From assembly GCA_046726415.1 (NCBI GenBank), contig JBKPAK010000351.1:1-31855 (forward strand): a stretch of DNA of 31,855 nucleotides. Reading direction: 5' to 3'. The notes under the pieces are model-generated. The model made no database searches, had not been told where the DNA came from, and saw only the letters and a list, made by a program, of their open reading frames with translations. The stretch's first letter is position 1. Every line of letters begins with the position of its first letter. Positions 1-9,123 of this stretch are shown one piece after another. A program made the position numbers and the translations under genes. The stretch comes from Candidatus Methylomirabilota bacterium. GTDB lineage: Bacteria > Methylomirabilota > Methylomirabilia > Rokubacteriales > CSP1-6.

Positions 1-48
1 GTATGGGTAGAATGGCCAGGCCCCACTGAGCGCCCGGGAGGAGCGACG

Positions 49-1233
49 ATGGATCTCAACTATTCCCCCGACGAAGCGGCGTTTCGCGACGAGGTGCGGA
101 CGTGGCTGGACGACAATCTGCCCGATGAGCTGCGCGACAAGGTCGTCAACTACAAGGAACTGAGCAAGGGCGATCTCCTCCGCTGGCATCGAATTCTGGC
201 GAAAAAGGGCTGGGTGGCCCCGGACTGGCCGACCGAATGGGGCGGCACCGAGTGGACCGTCGTGCAGCGCTACATCTTCGAAGAGGAGTGCGGCGCGGCT
301 GGCTGCCCGCCGGTGGTGGCGTTCGGCGTCCGCATGTGCGCGACGGTGTTGCTGCGGTTCGGCACGCCCGAGCAGAAAGGGCGGTTCCTGCCCCGCATCT
401 ACCACGGCGAGGACTTCTGGTGTCAGGGCTACTCCGAGCCGGGCTCGGGCTCCGATCTGGCCTCGCTGAAGACCCGGGCCGTCCGGCGGGGCGACCAGTA
501 CGTGGTGACCGGGCAAAAGATCTGGACGACCCTCGCGCACCACGCCGACTGGATCTTCTGTCTCGTACGGACCGACGCCACCCGGGAGAAGCGGCAGGAG
601 GGGATCTCATTTCTCCTCATCGACATGCGGTCGCCGGGGATCACCGTGCGGCCGATCACCCTCATGGATGGGGGCCACGAGGTCAACGAGGTGTTCTTCG
701 ACGACGTGCAGGTTCCCCTCGAGAACCTCGTTCACGAGGAGAACAAGGGCTGGACGGTGGCCAAGTACCTGCTCGGCTACGAACGCATGGGCACCGGCCG
801 CATCGGGGCCTCCAAGCGAGAGCTGGCGCGCCTCAAGGAGCTGGCCGCGCGGGCGATGAAGGACGGCACCCCGCTCCTCGACGATCCGCGCTTCCGCGAT
901 CGGGTGACGCGCGTGGAAGTGGAGCTGATGGCGCTCGAGATCACCAATCTGAGGTTCCTCGATCAGCTTCGCGGGGGAGGCCGGCCGCCGGGCGCCGAGG
1001 TGTCGTTGCTCAAGATCAAAGGCACGGAGATCCAGCAGGCCATCTCCGAGCTGATGATGCAGGTGGCCGGCCCGTTCGCCCAGACCTTCCGGCCCTCTGA
1101 CGCCGCCGCTTCCTTCGATGCCTTCACCGCCTCGCTGGGCCCGCGCTACTGCAACCTGCGCAAGGCGACCATCTACGCGGGGTCCAACGAGATCCAGCGG
1201 AACATCATCGCCAAGGCGACCCTGGGCTTGTAG
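49..1233 (+). CDS. Acyl-CoA dehydrogenase, PimC-like (large subunit of a heteromeric ACAD)
   Basis: 394 aa; ACAD motifs WCQGYSEPGSGSDLASLKT, GQKIWTT, NEVFFDDV, TIYAGSNEIQRNII; GGAGGAG RBS upstream. Confidence 0.93.
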   Translation: MDLNYSPDEAAFRDEVRTWLDDNLPDELRDKVVNYKELSKGDLLRWHRILAKKGWVAPDWPTEWGGTEWTVVQRYIFEEECGAAGCPPVVAFGVRMCATVLLRFGTPEQKGRFLPRIYHGEDFWCQGYSEPGSGSDLASLKTRAVRRGDQYVVTGQKIWTTLAHHADWIFCLVRTDATREKRQEGISFLLIDMRSPGITVRPITLMDGGHEVNEVFFDDVQVPLENLVHEENKGWTVAKYLLGYERMGTGRIGASKRELARLKELAARAMKDGTPLLDDPRFRDRVTRVEVELMALEITNLRFLDQLRGGGRPPGAEVSLLKIKGTEIQQAISELMMQVAGPFAQTFRPSDAAASFDAFTASLGPRYCNLRKATIYAGSNEIQRNIIAKATLGL

Positions 1234-1249
1234 GCGAGGAGGACGCGAC

Positions 1250-2385
1250 ATGAACTTCGAGTACAGCGAAGACAGCGGCTGCTCGCCGACACCCTCAAGC
1301 GCTTCCTGGCCACCGGCTATGCGTTCGAGGCCCGCGCGAAGATCATGGGTTCGGCCGCCGGCTACAGCGAAGACGTCTGGGCCACCCTGGCCGAGATGGG
1401 CCTGCTCGGGATCCCCTTCGCCAGCGACCACGGCGGCTTCGGCGGGAGCGCGGTCGACGTGATGATCGTCATGGAGGCCATCGGGGAAGGGCTCATGGTG
1501 GAGCCCTACCTCGCCTCGGTAGGGCTCGGCGGTCAGTTCGTGGCGCGCGGAGGGACGGCGGTGCAGCAGAAGCGCATCCTGCCCACGCTCATCCAGGGCA
1601 AGACCAAGCTGGCGTTTGCCCACACGGAGCGAGGCGCGCGTTACGACCTGCGGCACGTGTCTCTGCCGGCGAGGGCGTCCGGAGATGGCTGGCTGCTGGA
1701 TGGCGAGAAATGCATGGTCCTTCACGGCGGGTGCGCCGACCTCCTCGTGGTGTCGGCGCGCACTGCGGGTAGCCACACCGACGCTCGCGGCATCAGCCTC
1801 TTCCTGGTCGAGCGGGCCGCGCCGGGGGTGGGGGTCACGGAATACCGAACGCTCGACAACCTTCGGGTGGCCGATGTCCGGCTGTCAGGCGTGACGGTGC
1901 CCCGCGACGCGCTCATCGGCCCCGAGGGCGATGGCTTTCCGCTCGCCGAGGAAGTGGTGGACTATGCGACGGCTCTCCTCTGCGCCGAGGCCGTCGGCGC
2001 CATCAAGTACGCGCACGACGCCACCCTCGACTATCTGAAGACCCGCCGGCAGTTCGGGGTGCCCATCGGCAGCTTCCAGGCCCTGCAGCACCGCATGGTC
2101 GACATCCTGATCAGCTATGAACAGGCGCGCTCCCTCGCGTGCCTGGCCCGCGTGAAGGTGGACACCGCCGAGGCGGCCGAGCGCCGGCGAGTGGTGTCGG
2201 CGGCCAAGATCAAGATCGCCGACGCCTGCCGTCACGTGAGCCAGGAGGCGGTACAGCTCCACGGCGGCATGGGCATGACGGAAGAGCTGAAGATCAGCCA
2301 CACCTTCCGGCGGTTGACTATGATCGCCCAGACCTTCGGCGACGCCGACCACCACCTGGAGCGCTTCGCCGGGGGAGGGCCATGA
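1250..2385 (+). CDS. Acyl-CoA dehydrogenase, PimD-like (small subunit); 1-nt frameshift near 1271-1272 (error or pseudogene)
   Basis: AGGAGGA RBS, then ATG 1250 MNFEYSE; the natural continuation QRLLADTLKRFL... is in the frame of ORF 1345..2385; motifs YLKTRRQFGVPIGSFQALQHRMVD and QLHGGMGMTEE. Confidence 0.88.
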
Positions 2386-2447
2386 GCGATCCGAAGGCCG
2401 AGATCCTGCGCTGTCTCGACGAGGACGCGCTTGGCCGGCCATCCTGA
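2382..2447 (+). pseudogene. Probable truncated gene start (21 aa, MSDPKAEILRCLDEDALGRPS)
   Basis: ATGA overlap with the upstream stop, purine-rich upstream sequence and host-like codons, but stops after 21 codons. Confidence 0.35.
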
Positions 2448-2554
2448 GCCGATCCCGTCCGTCCAGCGATCCGCATCCTAGGCCGCCCCAACTCGAGGTC
2501 TGTGGACCCTGCCACCGGGGGGGCACGCCGCTCGCACCCACGGCGGCTAGGATC

Positions 2555-3655
2555 TCACCCAAATCCGAGGTCGCCGTGCCGGTCCATGTGGGCGACGAAG
2601 CGCGAGAGCAGCTGCACCGCGGCCACCGCGTCGTTGAGGTCGACCATCTCGTTCGGCGAGTAGGAGTAGCGGCGAGGCACGCCGACGCTGATGGTCGGGA
2701 TCCCCGCGCGCACGAGGTGGATCGAGGCCGCCTCCGTCGAGCCACGCCCGAGGTGCGTGGCAAGCTGCACCGGGATGTTTGCGGCCGCCGCGGCCGCGAG
2801 CAGGTGGCGCTTCATCGCGGGGTGGGCGATGCTGCCGCGAAAGGCGCCGGTGGAAGCGGCCAGCAGGACGACCGGTCCGCGCCCCATGACCACCGCGATA
2901 TCCTGGGTCGGGCTCGAGTCCGGGGTGTCTGCCGCCGACAGCCCGTCGATGGCGATGGCGTAGTCTGGTTCGAGGCGGTAGGCCGCCATGATCGCGCCGC
3001 GCAACCCGACCTCCTCCAGCACCGTGCCGACCGCCTGGACCGTCCCGTACGGCGTCACCTCCCGCAGTTCGGTGAGCAGCTGGAGCAAGATGGCCACGCC
3101 CATGCGGTCGTCCATGGCTTTGCCGCATACGCGGTCGCCGCCGCTGAATTCGGCCAGCTCGCCGATGAAGGTCACCGGGTCTCCGACCTGGATGCCCAAG
3201 GCGGCGACCTCGGCCGCACTCGTCGCGCCGACGTCGATATAGAGGTCGGTGGCCGATACAGGTCGCGCCTGCTCCGACCCGGACTGGAGGTGTCCGGCCT
3301 TGGCGCCAATGACGCCGAAGTGGCCGTTGACCCACACGCGCCGGCTCAGAAGGAGCGCGTCAGCGGTGCCGCCGAGGCGGTCGAAGCGCAGGAAGCCGGT
3401 CGGCTCGACGCCCTTGACGATGAAGCCGATCTCGTCGAGGTGCGCACTCAGCATCAGGCGAGGGCGTTCGTGGCGACCGCGCCTGACTGCCGTGACATTG
3501 CCGTAGCGATCGACGTCCACCTGGTCCGCGAGGCCGGCCACGCGCTTCTGGAAGTACGCGACCAACGGTTGCTCGAATCCGGAGACGCCGTGCAGAGCAA
3601 CCAGGTCGCTCAGGGTCGCGCGCAGTCCTTCCTTGGTGTCCGACGCCTGGCTCAT
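2555..3655 (-). CDS. M42 family metallopeptidase (aminopeptidase/deblocking type), variant
   Basis: GVSGFE, SAHLDEIG, GKAMDDRMG, VLEEVGLRGA, AIAIDG motifs; C-terminal RYSYSPNE replaces the usual RYxHSPxE. Confidence 0.88.
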   Translation of the reverse strand: MSQASDTKEGLRATLSDLVALHGVSGFEQPLVAYFQKRVAGLADQVDVDRYGNVTAVRRGRHERPRLMLSAHLDEIGFIVKGVEPTGFLRFDRLGGTADALLLSRRVWVNGHFGVIGAKAGHLQSGSEQARPVSATDLYIDVGATSAAEVAALGIQVGDPVTFIGELAEFSGGDRVCGKAMDDRMGVAILLQLLTELREVTPYGTVQAVGTVLEEVGLRGAIMAAYRLEPDYAIAIDGLSAADTPDSSPTQDIAVVMGRGPVVLLAASTGAFRGSIAHPAMKRHLLAAAAAANIPVQLATHLGRGSTEAASIHLVRAGIPTISVGVPRRYSYSPNEMVDLNDAVAAVQLLSRFVAHMDRHGDLGFG

Positions 3656-3665
3656 CGCTCGATCC

Positions 3666-4817
3666 TCAATTCTCGACGAGTTGCCGCGGCGCGTGGGTTA
3701 CGGGCTCGGCGCCACGCGCCGTGATGATCGACGTCTCGCCGAGCGACGTGCTGAGCCCGGAGCGGCTGTTGAGCAGGATCATGTGGATGAAGAAGACCAT
3801 GCCAGGCGCCAGCACCTGGGGATGATCGGCGTAGATCATCGGCTCGTCCATCCAGGTCGGCGGGTAGGTGGCGCCCAGCGTGTAGCCGCAAGCGTTGAGC
3901 ATGTGGTCCTTGTACCCCGCCCGCGTCAGGACGCGAGCGTGAGCGGCGAAGATGTCGCCGACCGTCCGGCCGGGACGCAGCGTCGCCTCGCACGCCGCCA
4001 ACGCCTCGCGGCAGGCGCGGAACATGTCCCGGTGTCGGGGATCGACGCGCCCGGTCACCACGACGTTCATGAGGCACGCGTGGTAATGGCGGTAGGCGGC
4101 GGCGAACTCGAACGTCACCTGATCGCGCCGGCCGATGGCCCCGTGTCCGGTGTGGTAGCGGACGAGCAGAGCCTCACGGCCGCTGCCCATCGGCCATCGG
4201 CTGGCTGACGGGTCGCCGTCTCCGGCCAGGATGGCCTTCAGCATCTCGCCGTAGATCACTCCAGGCGCCGCGCCCGGAACGGTGAGACGGTTGGCCACCG
4301 CCAGCGCGGCGTCGGCCAGCTGACCAGCGCGGCGCACGTAGCGCAGCTCGGTCGGACTCTTGACGAGGCGCAGCAGCCTGACGAGATCGCTGGCATCCTC
4401 GGTCCGGCAGAAGCCGTGGAGCGCAGCATCGACCATCTGGCCTCGCTGCGCCGTCAGCCCGTAGGCGTGGTACTCCACGCCGAGCCGCTTGCTCCGGCAT
4501 CCGTAGCTCTCCAGCATGTCGCGAAGGTCGTGGGCCGGGGTCGCGTCCTGGCGGTCGCGCCAAATCCTGATGTCCTCGATGATGGAGGTCATGCGCGCCT
4601 GCCGGAGATCGGCCGAGCGCGTACAGAGGGCGAGCGAGCCATCCGCTCCCAGGTACATGCCCTGGAACATGCTGTAGCCGCTGGTGTCATAGCCGGCCAG
4701 GTAGTACATGCTCTCCTGCCGAAACAGCAAAAGCCCGTCGAGGCCGCGCTCGATCATCGCCCGGCAGGCACGGCGCCGCCGGCCGGCCAGCTCGTTCTTG
4801 CTGAAGTGCAAGGCCAT
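3666..4817 (-). CDS. M24 (creatinase/Xaa-Pro peptidase fold) hydrolase, ectoine hydrolase DoeA/EutD-like
   Basis: Creatinase-type N-domain (LDGLLLFRQESMYYLAGYD), RLVKSPTEL, and a pita-bread domain with non-canonical ligand motifs (TFEF, YHAC, ACGYTLG, FFIHM, LGET). Confidence 0.82.
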   Translation of the reverse strand: MALHFSKNELAGRRRRACRAMIERGLDGLLLFRQESMYYLAGYDTSGYSMFQGMYLGADGSLALCTRSADLRQARMTSIIEDIRIWRDRQDATPAHDLRDMLESYGCRSKRLGVEYHAYGLTAQRGQMVDAALHGFCRTEDASDLVRLLRLVKSPTELRYVRRAGQLADAALAVANRLTVPGAAPGVIYGEMLKAILAGDGDPSASRWPMGSGREALLVRYHTGHGAIGRRDQVTFEFAAAYRHYHACLMNVVVTGRVDPRHRDMFRACREALAACEATLRPGRTVGDIFAAHARVLTRAGYKDHMLNACGYTLGATYPPTWMDEPMIYADHPQVLAPGMVFFIHMILLNSRSGLSTSLGETSIITARGAEPVTHAPRQLVEN

Positions 4818-4825
4818 GCGCGCGT

Positions 4826-5638
4826 CTAGGTCCCCGGCGCCTCGCCGCGTCCACGGAGCAGGGCGCTGGCGCCGAGGACGGCGGTGGTCACGCCGATCAG
4901 GAATGAGCTGACCGCAGCGATGGTGGGGTCGACCTCCAGGAGGAGGCTATTCCACACCCTCACGGTGAGCGTCTGCACTTCGACCCCCGCCAGGAACAGC
5001 GGGATCAGCAGCTCGTCGAACGAGGTCAGAAAGGCGAAGAGCGCCGCCGAAAGGACACCAGGCAGGATGAGTGGAAGCGTCACCCGCCGGAGCGCGATGA
5101 TCCGGCTCGCCCCGAGGCTGAGCGCGGCCTGCTCGAGCCGGACGTCGAACCCCTGGAGGGTGGCGGCGATGATGATTACCACGACGGGCAGCGCCAGCAC
5201 AGTGTGGCCCAAAGCCATGGCCAGGATGCTGCCGGTGGCCTTGATCCGCACGAAGAAGAAGTAGAGGCCGATCGCCGTGATGATGGTCGGCACGATCAGC
5301 GGAGAGAGCAGGAAGGCGTAGATCGCCCCTTTCCCGCGGAAGCGGCCACGCACGAGCGCCAGCGACGCCAGGAACCCGAGCAGGGTGGCGAACACCATGG
5401 TGAGAGTCGCGACCTGGATGCTGATCGCGATGGCCTGGCGCCAAGCAGCGATCCCGAAGAACCGCTGGTACCACCGCACCGACAGGTGGGGCGGCGGGAA
5501 GCTCAGGTAGTCGGCTCCGCTGAACGACACGATGACGATGATGACCACCGGGGCGATGAGGAAGAGGAGCACGACAGAGGCCAGGCCGACCACGGCCACC
5601 ACGCCCGGCCCGGTCCGCTGACCTTCGTCGCCCATCAA
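4826..5638 (-). CDS. ABC transporter permease (PotC-like)
   Basis: Hydrophobic 270 aa; EAA-like loop LEQAALSLGASRIIALRRVTLPLILPG; FLTSFDE. Confidence 0.92.
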   Translation of the reverse strand: MMGDEGQRTGPGVVAVVGLASVVLLFLIAPVVIIVIVSFSGADYLSFPPPHLSVRWYQRFFGIAAWRQAIAISIQVATLTMVFATLLGFLASLALVRGRFRGKGAIYAFLLSPLIVPTIITAIGLYFFFVRIKATGSILAMALGHTVLALPVVVIIIAATLQGFDVRLEQAALSLGASRIIALRRVTLPLILPGVLSAALFAFLTSFDELLIPLFLAGVEVQTLTVRVWNSLLLEVDPTIAAVSSFLIGVTTAVLGASALLRGRGEAPGT

Positions 5639-6516
5639 CCGCGGGCCTCGAATACGCGGTCCAACCTGACGATCCGGTTGTAGCCCACGAAGCCGATCAA
5701 GGTGAGCGCCAGGAGGATGACGGCCAGCGCCGAGGCAAAGGACCAGTTCAGGGTGAACTCGACCTCGCGCTCAATCAGCATGGCGATCATCACATCCGAG
5801 GGCCCGCCCATCAGAGCCGGCGTGATGAAAAAGCCCAGGCTTAGGATGAATACCAGGAGCGTCCCCCCAGCAATTCCGGGGAGCGAGAGCGGCAGGAACA
5901 CCCGCTGGAAGGCCTGCCACCGCGTGGCCCCCAGACTGTGGGCGGCCCGGACCAGGCCAGGATCGATGCCGCGCATGACGCTATAAGCCGTCAGCACCAT
6001 GTAGGGCAGGAGCACGTACGTCATGCCGATGAGGACACCGCCCTGGTTGTAGAGGAGCGCCAGGGGGCTGTCAGTGAGGCCGAGCCACGTCAGGTACTGG
6101 TTCACGATCCCGTTCCGCCCGAGCAGGACCATCCAGGCGTAGGTCCGCACGATGATGCTGGTGAAGAACGGCAGGATCACGACGATCAGGAGCAGGCGGG
6201 CAACCCGCGGGCGGAGCGAGGCCAGCAGGTAGGCCAGCGGATAGCCGAGCCCGAGACAGACGAGGGTCACCAGCGCGGACGTCCGGAACGTGCTCCCGAT
6301 GACGTGAAGGTAGACCGGGACTCGCACGATCTGTCGGTAGGACTCGAGGGTGTATCCGGCCTTGTAGACGCTCCGCTCGACGATGCCGAGGAGGGGGTAC
6401 ACGAAGAGCGCCAGCAGCACCAAGAGCGCCGGGAGCAGGATCACGAAGTAGCGGAGCGCCTCGCGACGCTCGGGAGCGAGCGAAGCGTCGCCGGTCACCA
6501 TCGGCTCACCGCTCAC
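5635..6516 (-). CDS. ABC transporter permease (PotB-like)
   Basis: LPFFTSIIVRTYAW, LVRAAHSLGATRWQAFQRVFLPLSLPG, GFFITPALMGG; 4-nt overlaps with both neighbours. Confidence 0.92.
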   Translation of the reverse strand: MSGEPMVTGDASLAPERREALRYFVILLPALLVLLALFVYPLLGIVERSVYKAGYTLESYRQIVRVPVYLHVIGSTFRTSALVTLVCLGLGYPLAYLLASLRPRVARLLLIVVILPFFTSIIVRTYAWMVLLGRNGIVNQYLTWLGLTDSPLALLYNQGGVLIGMTYVLLPYMVLTAYSVMRGIDPGLVRAAHSLGATRWQAFQRVFLPLSLPGIAGGTLLVFILSLGFFITPALMGGPSDVMIAMLIEREVEFTLNWSFASALAVILLALTLIGFVGYNRIVRLDRVFEARG

Positions 6517-7622
6517 GCGTTCCCGCGGGGAAAGAGTCGCGTCTCGTCCGGCGACCAGGTGAAAGCCACTGTCTCGCCTTCGCCGTGCTGGCGCAGGGCG
6601 AGGCGGTTCGGGACCTTCATGGTGACGGCGCCGTCGACCCCCAGGGCGACCCGGTAACGGGTCGCCTCGCCCACGTAGATGGCCTCCTCGACCGTGCCCT
6701 TGCAGGTGTTGACCGCAGCGGTCGGGGCCGCGCTCGCCGGGTCCTCGACCGGCACGAGCTTCTCGGGGCGGACCACCGCGGTGACCGCCTGGCCCGCCCG
6801 AAGCGGCACCGCCCCGATGCCGAGGAACTCGAGCCCGCCCGCGGCGCGGACCAGCCAGCGCCCCTCGGCGGGCCCGCCGACGATGACGCCATCGATGAAG
6901 TTCGACTCGCCCAGGAAATCGGCGACGAACCGACTCACCGGAGCCTCGTACAGCTCGGCCGGCGTCCCCACCTGCTCGATCCGACCCCGCTGCATCACCG
7001 CTACGCGGTCGGACATCGTGAGGGCCTCTTCTTGGTCGTGAGTGACGTAGATGACCGTCACGTGCAGGTGCCGCTGGATGTGTTTGAGCTCGAGCTGCAT
7101 ATGGGCCCGTAGCTTCTTGTCGAGCGCCCCGAGTGGTTCGTCCATCAGGAGGACTCGGGGCCTGAACACCAGAGCTCTGGCCAGCGCGACCCGCTGCTGC
7201 TCCCCGCCCGAGAGCTGGCGCGGCAGCCGCTGGTCATAGCCTTGAAGCCGCACCAGCTCCAGCGCCTCGTTCACCCGCTGGCGGATCTCCGAGCGCCCTA
7301 CCCGCCGGACCTGAAGGGGGAACGCAATGTTGTCGAAGACGGTCAAGTGCGGGAACACCGCGTAGCTCTGGAAGACCATGCCGAGGTCGCGCTTCTGGGG
7401 TGGCAGGCCGGCCACCGGCGCTCCGTCCACGAACACTTCGCCCCGCGTGGGGTGGGCGAACCCGGCCACCATCATGAGGCTCGTCGTCTTGCCCGACCCG
7501 CTGGGGCCGAGCAGCGTGAAGAACGATCCGGGCGCGATGGTGACGGAAACGTCCTGCACCGCGACTACCGGACCGAACGCTTTGGTCAGTTCGTGGAGTC
7601 GGACCTCAGCGCCTATTGTCAT
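6513..7622 (-). CDS. ABC transporter ATP-binding protein (PotA-like); start is ATG 7622 or upstream GTG 7700
   Basis: Walker [37 protein letters not shown]-terminal TOBE-like region. Confidence 0.92.
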   Translation of the reverse strand: MTIGAEVRLHELTKAFGPVVAVQDVSVTIAPGSFFTLLGPSGSGKTTSLMMVAGFAHPTRGEVFVDGAPVAGLPPQKRDLGMVFQSYAVFPHLTVFDNIAFPLQVRRVGRSEIRQRVNEALELVRLQGYDQRLPRQLSGGEQQRVALARALVFRPRVLLMDEPLGALDKKLRAHMQLELKHIQRHLHVTVIYVTHDQEEALTMSDRVAVMQRGRIEQVGTPAELYEAPVSRFVADFLGESNFIDGVIVGGPAEGRWLVRAAGGLEFLGIGAVPLRAGQAVTAVVRPEKLVPVEDPASAAPTAAVNTCKGTVEEAIYVGEATRYRVALGVDGAVTMKVPNRLALRQHGEGETVAFTWSPDETRLFPRGNA

Positions 7623-7667
7623 GGGGGCCCCGAGATGGCCCCCAAGCCCCCCGCGCTCGGGGCCCCC
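7623..7667. repeat. GC-rich palindromic (REP-like) element between the SBP and ATPase genes
   Basis: Perfect 12-bp inverted repeat GGGGGCCCCGAG (7623-7634) / CTCGGGGCCCCC (7656-7667). Confidence 0.7.
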
Positions 7668-7712
7668 GGGGGATCCGTGACGCCCCTCGATGTCTGACAC
7701 TCCGCCAGGCGT

Positions 7713-8840
7713 CTAGCCCTTCTGCAGGAGCCACTGCGACCAGCGCTCGCTCACTTTGGACCGGTTGTCCGCCCACCACATGCCGTTGTGGAGGAACGCC
7801 TTCTGCTTGTGCTCGGGGCTGGACGGCAGCCTCGCCGCCACGTCGGCCCCGATGCTCTTGAACGCCTGGCGGTTGGTGGGCCCGTAGGGGATGGCCTTGG
7901 CGTGGTTGGCCTGGATGAGCGGTTGGCAAGCGAAGTCGATGAAGCGCTGGGCGTTCTCCCCGTTCTTGGCCCCCTTGAAGACCGCCCAGAACTGCGTCTG
8001 GAGGGCGGCCTCGTTCCACTCGATCGCCACCGGGGCGCCCTTGTCGGCGATGGCCTGCAGTCGCCCGTTCCAGATCGACCCCAGCACGACTTCCTTGTCA
8101 GCAAGCATCTGGGCCGACAGAGCGCCAGTGTCCCAGAACTTCCGGATCGCCGGTCGCACCCGGTCGAGGGACTTGAAGGCTCGATCGAGGTCGATGGGAT
8201 AGACCTTGTCCTTCGGCACGCCGTCGGCGAGCAGCGCGAACTCCAGGTCGACGGCGCCAGCCGCGAGGTCGGTGAGCATCCGTGGACCCGGGAACTTCCT
8301 CACGTCCCAGAACTCCCCCCAGCTCCGCGGGTGCTTGCCGGTAGGAAAGATCTGGGTGTTGTAGGCGAGGACGGTCGAGAAGTAGATGTTGGCCACCATG
8401 TCATCTCGGCGAACGTCGAGATCGTCGGGGTTGGTGAGCTTCCAGCCCTTGTAGTTGATCTTCTCCAGCGCCCCTTTCTGGCTGAGCGACAGCATCCCCA
8501 ACTCCCCGGCGTCGACTACGTCCAGCTCGATGTTGCCCGACTCGAACATGGCGAGGAGCTTGCCCAGGGTGGCGGGGACCTTCACGATCTCGATCCCCGT
8601 CGCCTTCGTGAAGGGCTCGAAGATCGCCTTCACGTTGGCCTCCTCGTAGGCCCCGCCGATCGTCCGGATGACGACCTTACCCGCCGCGTTCGCCTGCGGC
8701 ACCCAGACAAACGGGCCCGTGGCCGTGGCAGCCAGCCCGACCGCACCGCCTAACCACGCCCGCCGCGTCAGACGCGCCCCTAGTCCGCAGTCCGTCCCGA
8801 GGGCCGGTTTCTCGCCGTCATCCTCGCTGCGCTCGATCAT
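7713..8840 (-). CDS. ABC substrate-binding protein (PotD/PotF-like) with Tat signal
   Basis: AAGGAG RBS before ATG 8840 (MIERSEDD); LTRRAWLGG twin-arginine motif; FWDVRKFPGPR, LEFALLADGVP, WNGR. Confidence 0.9.
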   Translation of the reverse strand: MIERSEDDGEKPALGTDCGLGARLTRRAWLGGAVGLAATATGPFVWVPQANAAGKVVIRTIGGAYEEANVKAIFEPFTKATGIEIVKVPATLGKLLAMFESGNIELDVVDAGELGMLSLSQKGALEKINYKGWKLTNPDDLDVRRDDMVANIYFSTVLAYNTQIFPTGKHPRSWGEFWDVRKFPGPRMLTDLAAGAVDLEFALLADGVPKDKVYPIDLDRAFKSLDRVRPAIRKFWDTGALSAQMLADKEVVLGSIWNGRLQAIADKGAPVAIEWNEAALQTQFWAVFKGAKNGENAQRFIDFACQPLIQANHAKAIPYGPTNRQAFKSIGADVAARLPSSPEHKQKAFLHNGMWWADNRSKVSERWSQWLLQKG

Positions 8841-8915
8841 CGCGTTCTCCTTGCGGATGGTCGGGTTGGGCCCGTGGCCGGACACGGTGGCGCCGCTCGC
8901 CGCCTCAGGGTGTCG

Positions 8916-8945
8916 GGCGTAGCACGCCCCTTCGCCTGCTGTCAA
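8916..8945 (-). promoter_or_regulatory. Putative sigma70 promoter of the ABC-M24-M42 operon
   Basis: TTGACA (8945-8940), 18-nt spacer, extended TGc-TACGCC -10 (weak). Confidence 0.4.
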
Positions 8946-8964
8946 GCCGTCGCCTCGTCCGCCG

Positions 8965-9123
8965 GGTGAGATCGGTCGGAACGATGCCCGTGGGAACGAT
9001 CTGGCATGCGAGCGCCTCTCCACCGCGCTGGCCCTCTACCAGGATATGGGCATGACCCGATGGAGCGAGCCGACGCGCGCGAGCCTCTGCGGGCGCGAGC
9101 CGTGGGTGTTAGTCGCCGGTTAG
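8965..9123 (+). pseudogene. Possible C-terminal remnant of an adenylate cyclase/AAA-ATPase-TPR type gene
   Basis: Startless frame reads ...LACERLSTALALYQDMGMTRWSEPTRASL...*, resembling the A-x-E-x-L-x-x-A-x-x-x-Y-x-x-M-x-M-x-x-W tail of those proteins. Confidence 0.4.

Noticed and set aside
8841..8915. Riboswitch in the leader of the first ABC operon
   Set aside because: The predicted leader is short and no known aptamer consensus is recognisable by eye; an Rfam scan would settle it
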